From Phycisphaerales bacterium (GTDB taxonomy: Bacteria > Planctomycetota > Phycisphaerae > Phycisphaerales > UBA1924), in assembly GCA_046593245.1 (NCBI GenBank), contig JBKJOD010000303.1, positions 1-43,856 of the forward strand: 43,856 nucleotides of DNA, read 5' to 3'. The position numbers and the translations under genes are program-made. How positions within the stretch are numbered: the stretch's first letter is position 1; every line of letters begins with the position of its first letter. The notes under the pieces were generated by a model. That model did not search any database and was not told the origin of the DNA. It was given only the letters and a program-made list of their open reading frames with translations. This document shows, piece by piece, positions 24,477-32,911 of the stretch.

Positions 24477-25238
24477 ATGGCTCTCATCCGCAACTCTTCT
24501 GCTTCAACTGCTGCCCGCGAGGCCATTGTCCTCGATCTCGGCGACTTGCGCGAGCAGGGGGATCGGATGGTCCGCGCGGCAAGGGCGGAAGCCGAGCGCA
24601 TCGTCGCCGCGGCACACGCCGAGCGTGCACGCATCATCGCAGGTGCCGCGGAACAAGGCCAGCAAGAGGGTTACGGTAAAGGCCTTGAGCAAGGGCGTGC
24701 CGAGGGTCGTGCGCAGGCCGAGGCCGGAGCGATGGCTGAGTACCGCGAGCGACTCACGAAGGTTGAGCAGGCGTGGCTCGCTTCCCTTGGAGCGTTTGAG
24801 TCCGATCGCGAGGATCTTGTACAGGGTGCGCTGCGCGATGTCGTGAAGCTCGCGACGACCATTGCCGAGCGCGTCACCAAGCGGGTCATCGCACTCAATC
24901 CCAAAGTTGTTGAAGACCAACTCGCCGCGGTGCTCGCGGTTGTGGTGCGTCCGACCGAACTCGTCATTCGCGTACATCCGGAAGATCGCCTGGCAGTGAA
25001 TCGCGCGCTCCCCGCGCTGTTGGCCGCGATGCCCGCCATTCGCCACGCCGAAATCGTGGATGACCTTGCCATCGAGCGCGGCGGCTGCGTGGCGACCACC
25101 CGTGCCAACGCGGATGCGGGAGAAATAGGCGGTGGCGAGATCGATGCGAGAATCTCGACGCAGCTTGATCGCCTTGTGGAAACTCTCCTTCCACAAGAGA
25201 TTCCCGGGGCGGATGATGCGAATGGGGGTACCTTGTGA
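24477..25238 (+). CDS. fliH: flagellar assembly protein FliH
   Basis: Charged helical N-terminal half (AEAERIVAAAHAERARIIAGAAEQGQQEGYGKGLEQGRAEG) and a FliH/YscL-type C-terminal domain. The stop overlaps the fliI GTG (GTGA at 25235-25238). Confidence 0.8.
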   Translation: MALIRNSSASTAAREAIVLDLGDLREQGDRMVRAARAEAERIVAAAHAERARIIAGAAEQGQQEGYGKGLEQGRAEGRAQAEAGAMAEYRERLTKVEQAWLASLGAFESDREDLVQGALRDVVKLATTIAERVTKRVIALNPKVVEDQLAAVLAVVVRPTELVIRVHPEDRLAVNRALPALLAAMPAIRHAEIVDDLAIERGGCVATTRANADAGEIGGGEIDARISTQLDRLVETLLPQEIPGADDANGGTL

Positions 25239-26614
25239 TCGGGCTTGCCCCACAACTCCGAACCGTGCGTCAGGCGCAGCCCATGCGAATCGTCGGGCGC
25301 GTGCGATCGCTGCGCGGTTTGACCGTCCTGGTGCGTGATCTACCTATGCCCGTCGGTTCGCTGGTTCAGGTTCGCAGCACTTCGAGGGAACGCGACGCGA
25401 ATGCCCGGCAGTCGCTGGGCGAAGTCATCGGCTTTGATGGCGCGCACGCGATTGTGATGATGCTTTGCTCCACCAGCGGCATCCGCTCCGGCGATGCTGT
25501 CGAGGGCTTGCACGCGCAGCAGACCGTTGGCGTTGGCTGGTCCATGCTCGGGCGCGTCATCGATGGGCTGGGCAGGCCGATTGACGGCCACGGCCCGTTG
25601 CACGCGCTGACGCCGCAGGCGGTCGATCCTGAGCCGATCTCCCCCATGAAACGCGGGCGCGTGATTCGCCCGCTCGCGACCGGCGTTCGTGCACTGGACC
25701 TGATGACCACGCTGGGCCGCGGACAACGCCTTGGCGTGTTCGCCGGGCCGGGTGTGGGAAAGAGTACGCTAATGGGCCAAGTGGCCCGCGGCACGGAGGC
25801 CGATGTCTCCGTGGTGGCCCTGATCGGCGAGCGCGGCCGCGAAGTCAAGGACTTTATCGAGCACACGCTCGGCCCCGAAGGCCGCAAGAAGTGTGTGTTG
25901 GTGGTGGCGACCAGTGACGATTCCGCTCTGCTGCGGGTGCGGGCCGCGATGGTTGCCTGCGCCGTCGCGGAGTTTTTCCGCGATGAGGGCAAGAGCGTTC
26001 TGCTGATGATGGATTCGATCACGCGTTTTGCGCACGCGCAGCGGCAGATCGGCCTGAGCGTCGGCGAGCCGCCCGCCACCCGCGGGTACACGCCGAGTGT
26101 GTTTTCTTCTCTCGCTCGCCTGCTCGAACGCGCGGGTTCGCTGGAAACCGCCGAGCGCGTGGGCGGAACAATCACCGGCCTGTACACGATTCTCGTGGAG
26201 GGTGATGACATGACCGAGCCCGTCGCCGATGCCGCACGCGGCATCCTGGACGGTCACGTCATTCTCTCTCGCAAACTCGCACAGCGAGGACACTACCCCG
26301 CGGTCGACGTGCTGGATTCCATCAGCCGCGTGGCCGATGAGGTGTGCGATCAGCCGCACGTACATGCCAGGCGGCAGGTCATCCGGTTGCTCGCGGCGTA
26401 TCGAGAGGCCGAGGATCTGATCCAGATCGGGGCGTACGCGAAGGGATCGAATCCGGCGACGGATGTGGCCATTCGCTACAACGAGAAGATACTCGAGCTG
26501 CTGCGCCAGGGGACCGGCGAGCGCGAGTCGATGGAGATGTCCAAGTCGCGGATGCTCAAGCTGGCGATTGAGGCGGGCGCGGAGTTTCAAAGATTGACAA
26601 AGGCCAAGGGTTGA
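25235..26614 (+). CDS. fliI: flagellum-specific ATPase FliI
   Basis: Walker A FAGPGVGKSTL, Walker B VLLMMDSITRFA, plus GSITGLYTILVEGDD-type and RGILDGHVILSR motifs. Confidence 0.95.
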   Translation: MIGLAPQLRTVRQAQPMRIVGRVRSLRGLTVLVRDLPMPVGSLVQVRSTSRERDANARQSLGEVIGFDGAHAIVMMLCSTSGIRSGDAVEGLHAQQTVGVGWSMLGRVIDGLGRPIDGHGPLHALTPQAVDPEPISPMKRGRVIRPLATGVRALDLMTTLGRGQRLGVFAGPGVGKSTLMGQVARGTEADVSVVALIGERGREVKDFIEHTLGPEGRKKCVLVVATSDDSALLRVRAAMVACAVAEFFRDEGKSVLLMMDSITRFAHAQRQIGLSVGEPPATRGYTPSVFSSLARLLERAGSLETAERVGGTITGLYTILVEGDDMTEPVADAARGILDGHVILSRKLAQRGHYPAVDVLDSISRVADEVCDQPHVHARRQVIRLLAAYREAEDLIQIGAYAKGSNPATDVAIRYNEKILELLRQGTGERESMEMSKSRMLKLAIEAGAEFQRLTKAKG

Positions 26615-26644
26615 GCGGTGAGCGTTGTTGCAGGAGCGTGAGCA

Positions 26645-27130
26645 GTGGCCGGAAAGTTCAAGTTCAGATTGCAGCCGGTGCTGGAGCAGCGTGAACGCAT
26701 CGAGCAGGAGCAGCAGCTCCGCCTGGCCGAGCTGGATCGCGAACGCATCGCCGTCGAGCAGACGATGCGCCAGTGTCAGCAGAATATTCAGAACGCGAAG
26801 ATGGATCTTCGCGACCGCCTGGGCGGCGTGGGGACTGGAGTCATGGTCGTGATTCCCGAGGTGCGAGCCCAGGCCAATGCCTCGCTGCACATGGAAGCCA
26901 AAGCGCGTCAGGCCGCGTTGGCGCTCGCTGGCGCATACAAGCGCATGGAGCACGCCCGCTCGGAGCTGTTGCGTGCCGCGACCGCTCGGCGTGCCGTCGA
27001 GCTGCTCCGCGATCGCTGGCACGAGCAATGGCGACAGTCCGAACTCCGCGCTGACGCTGCACAGGTGGACGAGGCCGGCACGCAGATGTACATTCGCCAA
27101 CAGAAGCACGAGCAAGGTGAGCACCCATGA
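26645..27130 (+). CDS. fliJ: flagellar export chaperone FliJ
   Basis: About 160-aa coiled coil starting FKFRLQPVLEQRERIEQEQQLRLAEL, positioned after fliI. The stop overlaps the next ATG (ATGA at 27127-27130). Confidence 0.7.
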   Translation: MAGKFKFRLQPVLEQRERIEQEQQLRLAELDRERIAVEQTMRQCQQNIQNAKMDLRDRLGGVGTGVMVVIPEVRAQANASLHMEAKARQAALALAGAYKRMEHARSELLRAATARRAVELLRDRWHEQWRQSELRADAAQVDEAGTQMYIRQQKHEQGEHP

Positions 27131-27897
27131 AAGCACTCTGGAACATCCTCGCCGTCATGGCGATCTTCAATATCCTCGCGGTCGCGGGCGGTTTGTTCTG
27201 GCTCAAGAGCTCGGATCGGCTGAACAAGCAGCGCGTCGACGCAGTGCGAGAGCGGTTTATCAAGACCATCGCGCAGGAAGCGACCGACAAGCAAGCCGCG
27301 GACATCGCCGCAAAGCAGAAGGACGCGGACATGGCCGCCGCCGAAAAGATGGCCATCCCGCCCACGACGGCCGCCGAAAAGATCGCCGAACAACAGCTCA
27401 AGGACGACCAGCGATCCCAGATGCTCCTCCGCCAGCAGCAGATTGTGGAAAACATGCAGGCGAGCATGATGGTGCAGCTTGCCAAGCTGGAACAGCGCGA
27501 AAAAAAGCTCGAGGAGGATCGCCGCGCCTTCGCTGCCGAGCGGAAGAGGGTCGCTGATACCGAGGGTGACAAGCAGTTTCAGGTCGCGCTGGCCACGCTG
27601 GAAGGGCAAAAGGCAAAGGATGCCAAGAAAGTACTTCGTGCCCTGCTGGACCTGAAACTCTCTGACCAGGTTGTTTCCTATATGGCCAAGATGGAAGAGG
27701 TCAAACGCACCAAGGTCATGGCCGAGTTCGTGAAGGACGAACCCGCGATGGCAGCGGAGTTGCTTGAGCGACTGCGGACACGGGGCATTGTCGTCCCGCC
27801 GCCCGGCTCGCTTGCTCAGGCATCCGCGTATGAACCGACTGGCAATTCAGCAGCAAACTCTGCTCTCGACGCGGCCGGCGGCAAGCCCGCTCGCTGA
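27127..27897 (+). CDS. YlxF/MotE-like flagellar protein (TM helix + coiled coil + MgtE-N-like domain)
   Basis: N-terminal TM helix ILAVMAIFNILAVAGGLFWL, a long charged coiled coil, then KKVLRALLDLKLSDQVVSYMAKMEEVKRTKVMAEFVKDEPAMAAELLERL, which resembles the MgtE intracellular N domain. Its position equals ylxF in the Bacillus fla/che operon. Confidence 0.6.
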   Translation: MKALWNILAVMAIFNILAVAGGLFWLKSSDRLNKQRVDAVRERFIKTIAQEATDKQAADIAAKQKDADMAAAEKMAIPPTTAAEKIAEQQLKDDQRSQMLLRQQQIVENMQASMMVQLAKLEQREKKLEEDRRAFAAERKRVADTEGDKQFQVALATLEGQKAKDAKKVLRALLDLKLSDQVVSYMAKMEEVKRTKVMAEFVKDEPAMAAELLERLRTRGIVVPPPGSLAQASAYEPTGNSAANSALDAAGGKPAR

Positions 27898-29809
27898 TCG
27901 CAACAGGGCAAGTAAGAACGAAGCACCCGCCGAAATCGCGCACGACCATGCGATTTCTGCCGATCGTCCCGCAACCTTTGCGCGTGCGCTCCAGAAGAAA
28001 CGCAAAGAGTCAGACTCCAGTGCCGCGACAGATGGTGCTTTTAAAGAGCCAAAATCGCGGGCTGAACCACGCACGTCCGACACCGCACAGACCTCGGGGT
28101 CCGTCTCCAAGAGATCCCTGCCGCAGAAGGCAACAGACAAAAAGACGTCGTCAAACTCTCCGGCTGACCCGCAAGTCAGTGAGACTCCGCAGCAGCCGTT
28201 GCCGCCCGAAGTCGTGGGTGAGCCAACGACCATTCCAGATCCGGTCGCTCCCAGTGAGGTGAACAAGGCAGACGATGCCGCACCGGCTGATGTCCGGCCC
28301 GAACAACTGCAGGAAGAACCCTTCGTCACGAGTTCTATCGCGGCAGTTGCAGTCACGACCGGTGCAGCGGCGACACAGGTAGATCAAGCGACACCGGATG
28401 CCGCGATCGCATCGGCGACGGTCCCACTCGAGCGAGATAAATCCTCAGGCAAACCGATTGAAGCGACCGCAAGAGCTGACACCACCCAGGTGCAGCGTCC
28501 AACTCGAGTTGGTACGACCGAAACCTCAGTGAGGCGAGTTTCTACCGCCGAGTCTGACACATCCTCAAGCAAAGAGGCAAGCGAAGCAGAGCGGACGGAC
28601 TCTGTTCAGAACAACGCATCCGATCTAAGGATTCCTTCTCTCGGGAAGATTAGCGGTGAAACAGAAGGGGTCGCTGCGACGACAGCAGCTCCGCAATCAC
28701 TCATCGCATCCCTTCCGGAAAACGCCGCTGCGAAAAGTTCCGGAGCAACAGGGTCACTTAAGACGAGCAACGGCTCTCAAAGGCGCGAAAACGTAAAAGC
28801 AAGTGAGACGCTCGCCGATTCTGCTGATGTGGAAACCGCCGCACACGCGCAGTCAGAATCTGGGTCCGATCGCCCCGCACCCGTCCAGGCCGCAAGCCCG
28901 CGGCCTCCGGCGATCGACCCTGCTGCTCCCGCGAGTCCGCCTGCAGAGCCCTCTGCGGCTGTTCCACCGACGCAGCCGGCCATTTCCCACGCTTCGAGAG
29001 AAGCCATCGGTCCCGTACTTCCCGATCCTGCCGCCAAGGAATCGCTCCCGCAACCCACTGATGGAAAGGATGCGATCTCAACCCTAGCCATCTCGCTTCC
29101 GCGCGGCATGGATCTTCTTGGCCGTCTCGCCACCGAGCCGTTGCATGTTCCAAGCCCTGTAAGCGCACAAAGTGCGGCAGGCGCTCCCGAGTTTCAGCGT
29201 GCCCTGCACGCCCAGGTGCAGCGCGGTGTGGAGCAAGCGGCCGCACAAGCAGCGGCATCCGGCGCTTGGGCCGGAGCGGATGCCTCTGGTTCGGGGTCGG
29301 TCTTGCTCCGTCTGCACCCGGCAAATCTCGGCATGTTGCGCGTGTATTTGCGCATGGATGGCACATCGGCGGGGGGAAGTGGGGGAGTAAAAGCCCGGTT
29401 TGAGGTCTCCAGCAGCAGGGCCAAGGGCATTCTTGGTGCCTCGATCGACTCCCTCCGCACTGCTTTGCAAGAGCGTGGCCTCTCGATGGATGAAGTCACA
29501 ATCACAGATATGCCGCCGATGCCAGAGCGCGGCTTCGGCTTGCCGCCCGTGGCCGAAACTGCGCGAGACGCTGGCGCATCGTTTGCGGAGAGTGGCAGAA
29601 GTGCAGCGTCGGATCTCGACGCTTCGCGTGGGGGAGAGAGCATGAGCGGAGCTCGTGTGCAGTCGTCGGCGGAGCCCGGCGGCGTTCAAGCCGGGGAGAG
29701 CACTTGGGAGAGCGGTGAGCAGCCGGTCGTGCTCGCCGCACTCTCGCCCTCTGATTCGGCCCTGACCATTGGCGCGGACGGCCGCGTCTACGTGAACGCC
29801 CTGGTGTAG
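27830..29809 (+). CDS. fliK: flagellar hook-length control protein FliK (long, low-complexity N-terminal region)
   Basis: The C-terminal LLRLHPANLGMLRVYLRMDG...VKARFEVSSSRAKGILGASIDSLRTALQERGLSMDEVTI matches the FliK C-terminal (Flg_hook) domain. ATG 27830 is the first ATG, and no in-frame start exists after the upstream stop at 27897. Confidence 0.75.
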   Translation: MNRLAIQQQTLLSTRPAASPLADRNRASKNEAPAEIAHDHAISADRPATFARALQKKRKESDSSAATDGAFKEPKSRAEPRTSDTAQTSGSVSKRSLPQKATDKKTSSNSPADPQVSETPQQPLPPEVVGEPTTIPDPVAPSEVNKADDAAPADVRPEQLQEEPFVTSSIAAVAVTTGAAATQVDQATPDAAIASATVPLERDKSSGKPIEATARADTTQVQRPTRVGTTETSVRRVSTAESDTSSSKEASEAERTDSVQNNASDLRIPSLGKISGETEGVAATTAAPQSLIASLPENAAAKSSGATGSLKTSNGSQRRENVKASETLADSADVETAAHAQSESGSDRPAPVQAASPRPPAIDPAAPASPPAEPSAAVPPTQPAISHASREAIGPVLPDPAAKESLPQPTDGKDAISTLAISLPRGMDLLGRLATEPLHVPSPVSAQSAAGAPEFQRALHAQVQRGVEQAAAQAAASGAWAGADASGSGSVLLRLHPANLGMLRVYLRMDGTSAGGSGGVKARFEVSSSRAKGILGASIDSLRTALQERGLSMDEVTITDMPPMPERGFGLPPVAETARDAGASFAESGRSAASDLDASRGGESMSGARVQSSAEPGGVQAGESTWESGEQPVVLAALSPSDSALTIGADGRVYVNALV

Positions 29810-29810
29810 T

Positions 29811-30389
29811 TTGGCCATCGATCCACTCGCAGCGAGCAACCACATGAGCGCCATCAGCAGTTCCCTCGGCGGCACATCCGCACTGTCCACCAGCGGCAGC
29901 GGTATTGCAAGCCAGTTCAGCCAGCTCACCAGCGAAGACTTCGTCAAGATCATGATGACGGAGCTGACCAGCCAGGATCCTCTGAAACCCAACGATTCCA
30001 ACGCGCTGCTGCAGCAGTTCTCGAGTTTGCGCAACATCGAGTCATCGCTCGCACTGCAAAACAAGCTCACGGATGTGGTCTCGCAGAATCAGCTTTCTAC
30101 AGCGGGTTCTCTGCTCGGCAAGTACGTGCAGGGATATACCGACAACTTTGATGCCGTAGAAGGCACCGTAAAATCTATCAGCCAGACCAGTTCCGGGCCG
30201 GTCCTCAACCTCGCCTCTGGTGCGCGCATTCCGTTCAAGAACATTGCGAACATTCTGGACCGCACGGCGACCACCACGACCGGAACCACGGGCACGACGG
30301 GAACAACGGGAACGACTGGAACCACCGGCGGCAACACTCCAAGGCCGACCGGACAAAACGGGACCGGCAACACGATTCCTCTCCCCTGA
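29811..30389 (+). CDS. flgD: flagellar hook capping/assembly protein FlgD
   Basis: SEDFVKIMMTELTSQDPLKPNDSNALLQQFSSLRNIES is the FlgD N-terminal motif. There is a Thr/Gly-rich tail. Start is TTG 29811 or ATG 29844. Confidence 0.85.
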   Translation: MAIDPLAASNHMSAISSSLGGTSALSTSGSGIASQFSQLTSEDFVKIMMTELTSQDPLKPNDSNALLQQFSSLRNIESSLALQNKLTDVVSQNQLSTAGSLLGKYVQGYTDNFDAVEGTVKSISQTSSGPVLNLASGARIPFKNIANILDRTATTTTGTTGTTGTTGTTGTTGGNTPRPTGQNGTGNTIPLP

Positions 30390-30427
30390 GTCTTTCCTGC
30401 CGGCACCGAATCACGGCAACCTCCATC

Positions 30428-30994
30428 ATGAACATATCTTCCGCACAACTCATGAAGCTGCTCGCGTCGGGCGTGCGCCCCGCGGATGGCAACTGTCAAA
30501 GCACCTCCGCAGTCGGCAGCGCCTCGCAGGCCTTCGCAGACCTCCTCAAGCAAGCTCAGGATGGCGGGCTCGCCAGCGAGCTTCCCGTCACCCTTGGTGC
30601 TGATGCCGAGGGCATCTCGCTTGATGACGGTCAGCTTGCGCGTCTCTCGATCGCATCCGACCAGCTCGAGTCCGCGGGCGTTCGCAGCGCACTGGTGAAA
30701 ATCGACGGACAGCAGCTCCTGCTGGATGTTCACGCCCGTCAAATCACAGGGCGCGCCGAAGCAAGCAACGGAATCACCGGAGGCATCGATGGCGTGCTCG
30801 ATCTCGGCGATGCAAGAAGCGACATCGCCCCTTCGATTGCGCAGTCCTCGCCTATACGCACCGATGTCGCGTCAAGCTTTGGCGCAAAGAAGGCACCTCT
30901 TGGTTTTCCCTCAAGCTCCCTCTCTGGCAACCAGGATGTGCTGAATCTTCTCGCCTCACTCGCCAAACCAACCGCCGGAACGACTTCCACCTGA
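30428..30994 (+). CDS. flagellar operon protein (resembles the small flgD-flgE-linked family found in Firmicutes/spirochaetes)
   Basis: It sits between flgD and flgE. The segment ISLDDGQLARLSIASDQLESAGVRSALVKIDGQQLLLDVHARQITG resembles that family's core, from memory. At 188 aa it is longer than I expect for the family. Confidence 0.45.
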   Translation: MNISSAQLMKLLASGVRPADGNCQSTSAVGSASQAFADLLKQAQDGGLASELPVTLGADAEGISLDDGQLARLSIASDQLESAGVRSALVKIDGQQLLLDVHARQITGRAEASNGITGGIDGVLDLGDARSDIAPSIAQSSPIRTDVASSFGAKKAPLGFPSSSLSGNQDVLNLLASLAKPTAGTTST

Positions 30995-31144
30995 TCATGT
31001 CCGCCGCGTCACGAAGTGGCCCGGCAGTTGCGTAAGTGAATCGAACCATCCGCGGCGGAGCCCGCGATCCATCGGTCGGAGGACCGGCAGATACCACACC
31101 GATCGACAGGCGTTGATTTGCAGCGCCGCGTCCGGAGCACTCGC

Positions 31145-32881
31145 ATGGCCTCCACCACCGCATTCTTCACCGGCCTCACCGGCCTGACCGCCAACGCCCG
31201 CAATCTGGACGTCATCGGCAACAACATCTCGAACGTGAACACCACAGCGTTCAAGTCCAGCCGGTTGCTGTTTGCGAATCAGTTCTCGCGAACACTCTCA
31301 GGCGGTTCTCCTCCCGGCAGTTCCAGCGGCGGCACGAACCCCAGCCAGATCGGGTTGGGAGTCACCATCGCCGGCACGCAGCGCAACTTTTCCGCCGGCT
31401 CCGTGTCGCCCACCAGTGATCCGCGCGATCTGGCGATCGATGGCGCGGGATTCTTCATCGTGAATCGCGCTGGCACCCAGTTGTACACACGTGCCGGAGC
31501 ATTTCGCCAGAACAACAACAACGATCTCATCACCGTGAGCGGCGAGCGCGTCCAGGGTTTCGGCATCGACTCCAACTTCAATGTGATTCCTGGCATCACC
31601 AAGGACATCAACATCCCGGTTGGTACGCTGACACTCGCGGAGGCAACCAGAACCGTTCGCGTTGGTGGAAATCTGAACGCGGGCGGTGCGCTCCCGACAC
31701 ACGGATCGCTCACGACCTTCGCCGCGCTCACCGCGTTGCCAACCGCAAGCCCTCCCCCCGGCAGCGGGAACGCCTTGGAAACCAACACGCGGCTCGTTGA
31801 CATCCAAAATCCAGCCAGCGTCGGAAATCCACTCTTCGGTTCCGGCGAAGTCATCAAGCTCACCGGTGCGAAGAAGGGCACGCAGTCCATCCCCGATGCC
31901 AGTTTCACCGTTACTGCAACATCCACGGTGCAGGACTATCTCGACTTCCTCAAGAACACGCTCAATATCAACACCAGCGCGGGCGCAAACCCCGATGGCA
32001 ACACACCGGGTGCAACACTGAACCCAACCACCGGCGTGATTTCGCTCATCGGTAACACCGGCACCGTAAACTCGCTGGACGTCAAGACCGCGAATCTCAA
32101 TCTCATCGGCTCCTCCGGCGCATCGACCAATCCCTTCACGCTCACCACCGCCAATCAATCCGATGGGGAGAGCGTGCTCACCAGCTACGTCGCGTACGAC
32201 TCGCTCGGCACACCGCTCACTGTCAACCTCCGAATGACACTGGAAACCAAGGCGGGTGGCTCGGGCACAACATGGCGCTTCTACGCAGAAAGCCCTGATA
32301 ACAAGGGTCCAAACGCTGTCGTCGGCACCGGTACCCTGAACTTCGACTCCGCCGGTCGCATCTCCGGCGTTTCTACCGTCGGCGTTTCCATTGATCGCAC
32401 CGGCACCGGTGCCACCAGCCCACTGGTCTTCAACATGGAATACGCCGGTCAGTCCTCCGCAGTCACGGCACTCGCTTCGCAGAACTCAACCATCGCCGCG
32501 CTGGCTCAAGATGGTGCGCCGATCGGTACTCTCGGTGGTTTCAGCGTCGGCCAGGATGGCACCATCACTGGCTCGTTCTCCAACGGCCTGAGCAGAACCC
32601 TCGGCCAGGTGGCCATCGCCAACTTCACCAACGCCGAGGGCCTCATCGACTTCGGCGGGAACATGTACGGCTCCGGGCCCAACTCCGGCGAGGCGATCAT
32701 CGGTCCGCCGCTCACGCTCGGCTCGGGCAAGATCGTCGGCGGTGCGCTCGAGCTGTCGAACGTGGACCTCTCGCAGGAGTTTGTCAATCTGATTCTGGCG
32801 AGCACCGGCTACTCCGCTGCATCACGCATCATCACCACAACTGACCAGCTTATGCAGCAGTTACTGGCGATCGGCCGTTGA
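31145..32881 (+). CDS. flgE: flagellar hook protein FlgE
   Basis: N-terminus FFTGLTGLTANARNLDVIGNNISNVNTTAFK and C-terminus GALELSNVDLSQEFVNLILASTGYSAASRIITTTDQLMQQLLAI. A large variable central domain is present. Confidence 0.9.
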   Translation: MASTTAFFTGLTGLTANARNLDVIGNNISNVNTTAFKSSRLLFANQFSRTLSGGSPPGSSSGGTNPSQIGLGVTIAGTQRNFSAGSVSPTSDPRDLAIDGAGFFIVNRAGTQLYTRAGAFRQNNNNDLITVSGERVQGFGIDSNFNVIPGITKDINIPVGTLTLAEATRTVRVGGNLNAGGALPTHGSLTTFAALTALPTASPPPGSGNALETNTRLVDIQNPASVGNPLFGSGEVIKLTGAKKGTQSIPDASFTVTATSTVQDYLDFLKNTLNINTSAGANPDGNTPGATLNPTTGVISLIGNTGTVNSLDVKTANLNLIGSSGASTNPFTLTTANQSDGESVLTSYVAYDSLGTPLTVNLRMTLETKAGGSGTTWRFYAESPDNKGPNAVVGTGTLNFDSAGRISGVSTVGVSIDRTGTGATSPLVFNMEYAGQSSAVTALASQNSTIAALAQDGAPIGTLGGFSVGQDGTITGSFSNGLSRTLGQVAIANFTNAEGLIDFGGNMYGSGPNSGEAIIGPPLTLGSGKIVGGALELSNVDLSQEFVNLILASTGYSAASRIITTTDQLMQQLLAIGR

Positions 32882-32911
32882 TCGTCCTCTGCTCTCGCTG
32901 GTCGCAAGATC

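Noticed and set aside
24332-24679. ORF starting at a GTG that overlaps the fliG stop and runs through the fliG-fliH spacer (MREVKKRRSDGVTKQKAKKK...).
   Set aside because: It reads out of frame into fliH, which has clear FliH character. The Lys-rich start simply translates the purine-rich repeat.
27764-27829. TTG at 27764 as the fliK start.
   Set aside because: It would extend the overlap with the upstream gene to 134 nt and adds only Arg/Cys-rich residues. ATG 27830 is preferred but remains unproven.
30270-30332. The 9-nt periodic repeat as a CRISPR array or phase-variable microsatellite.
   Set aside because: It lies in-frame inside flgD and the units differ at synonymous sites. It has no spacer-repeat architecture and no homopolymeric or perfect tandem tract.
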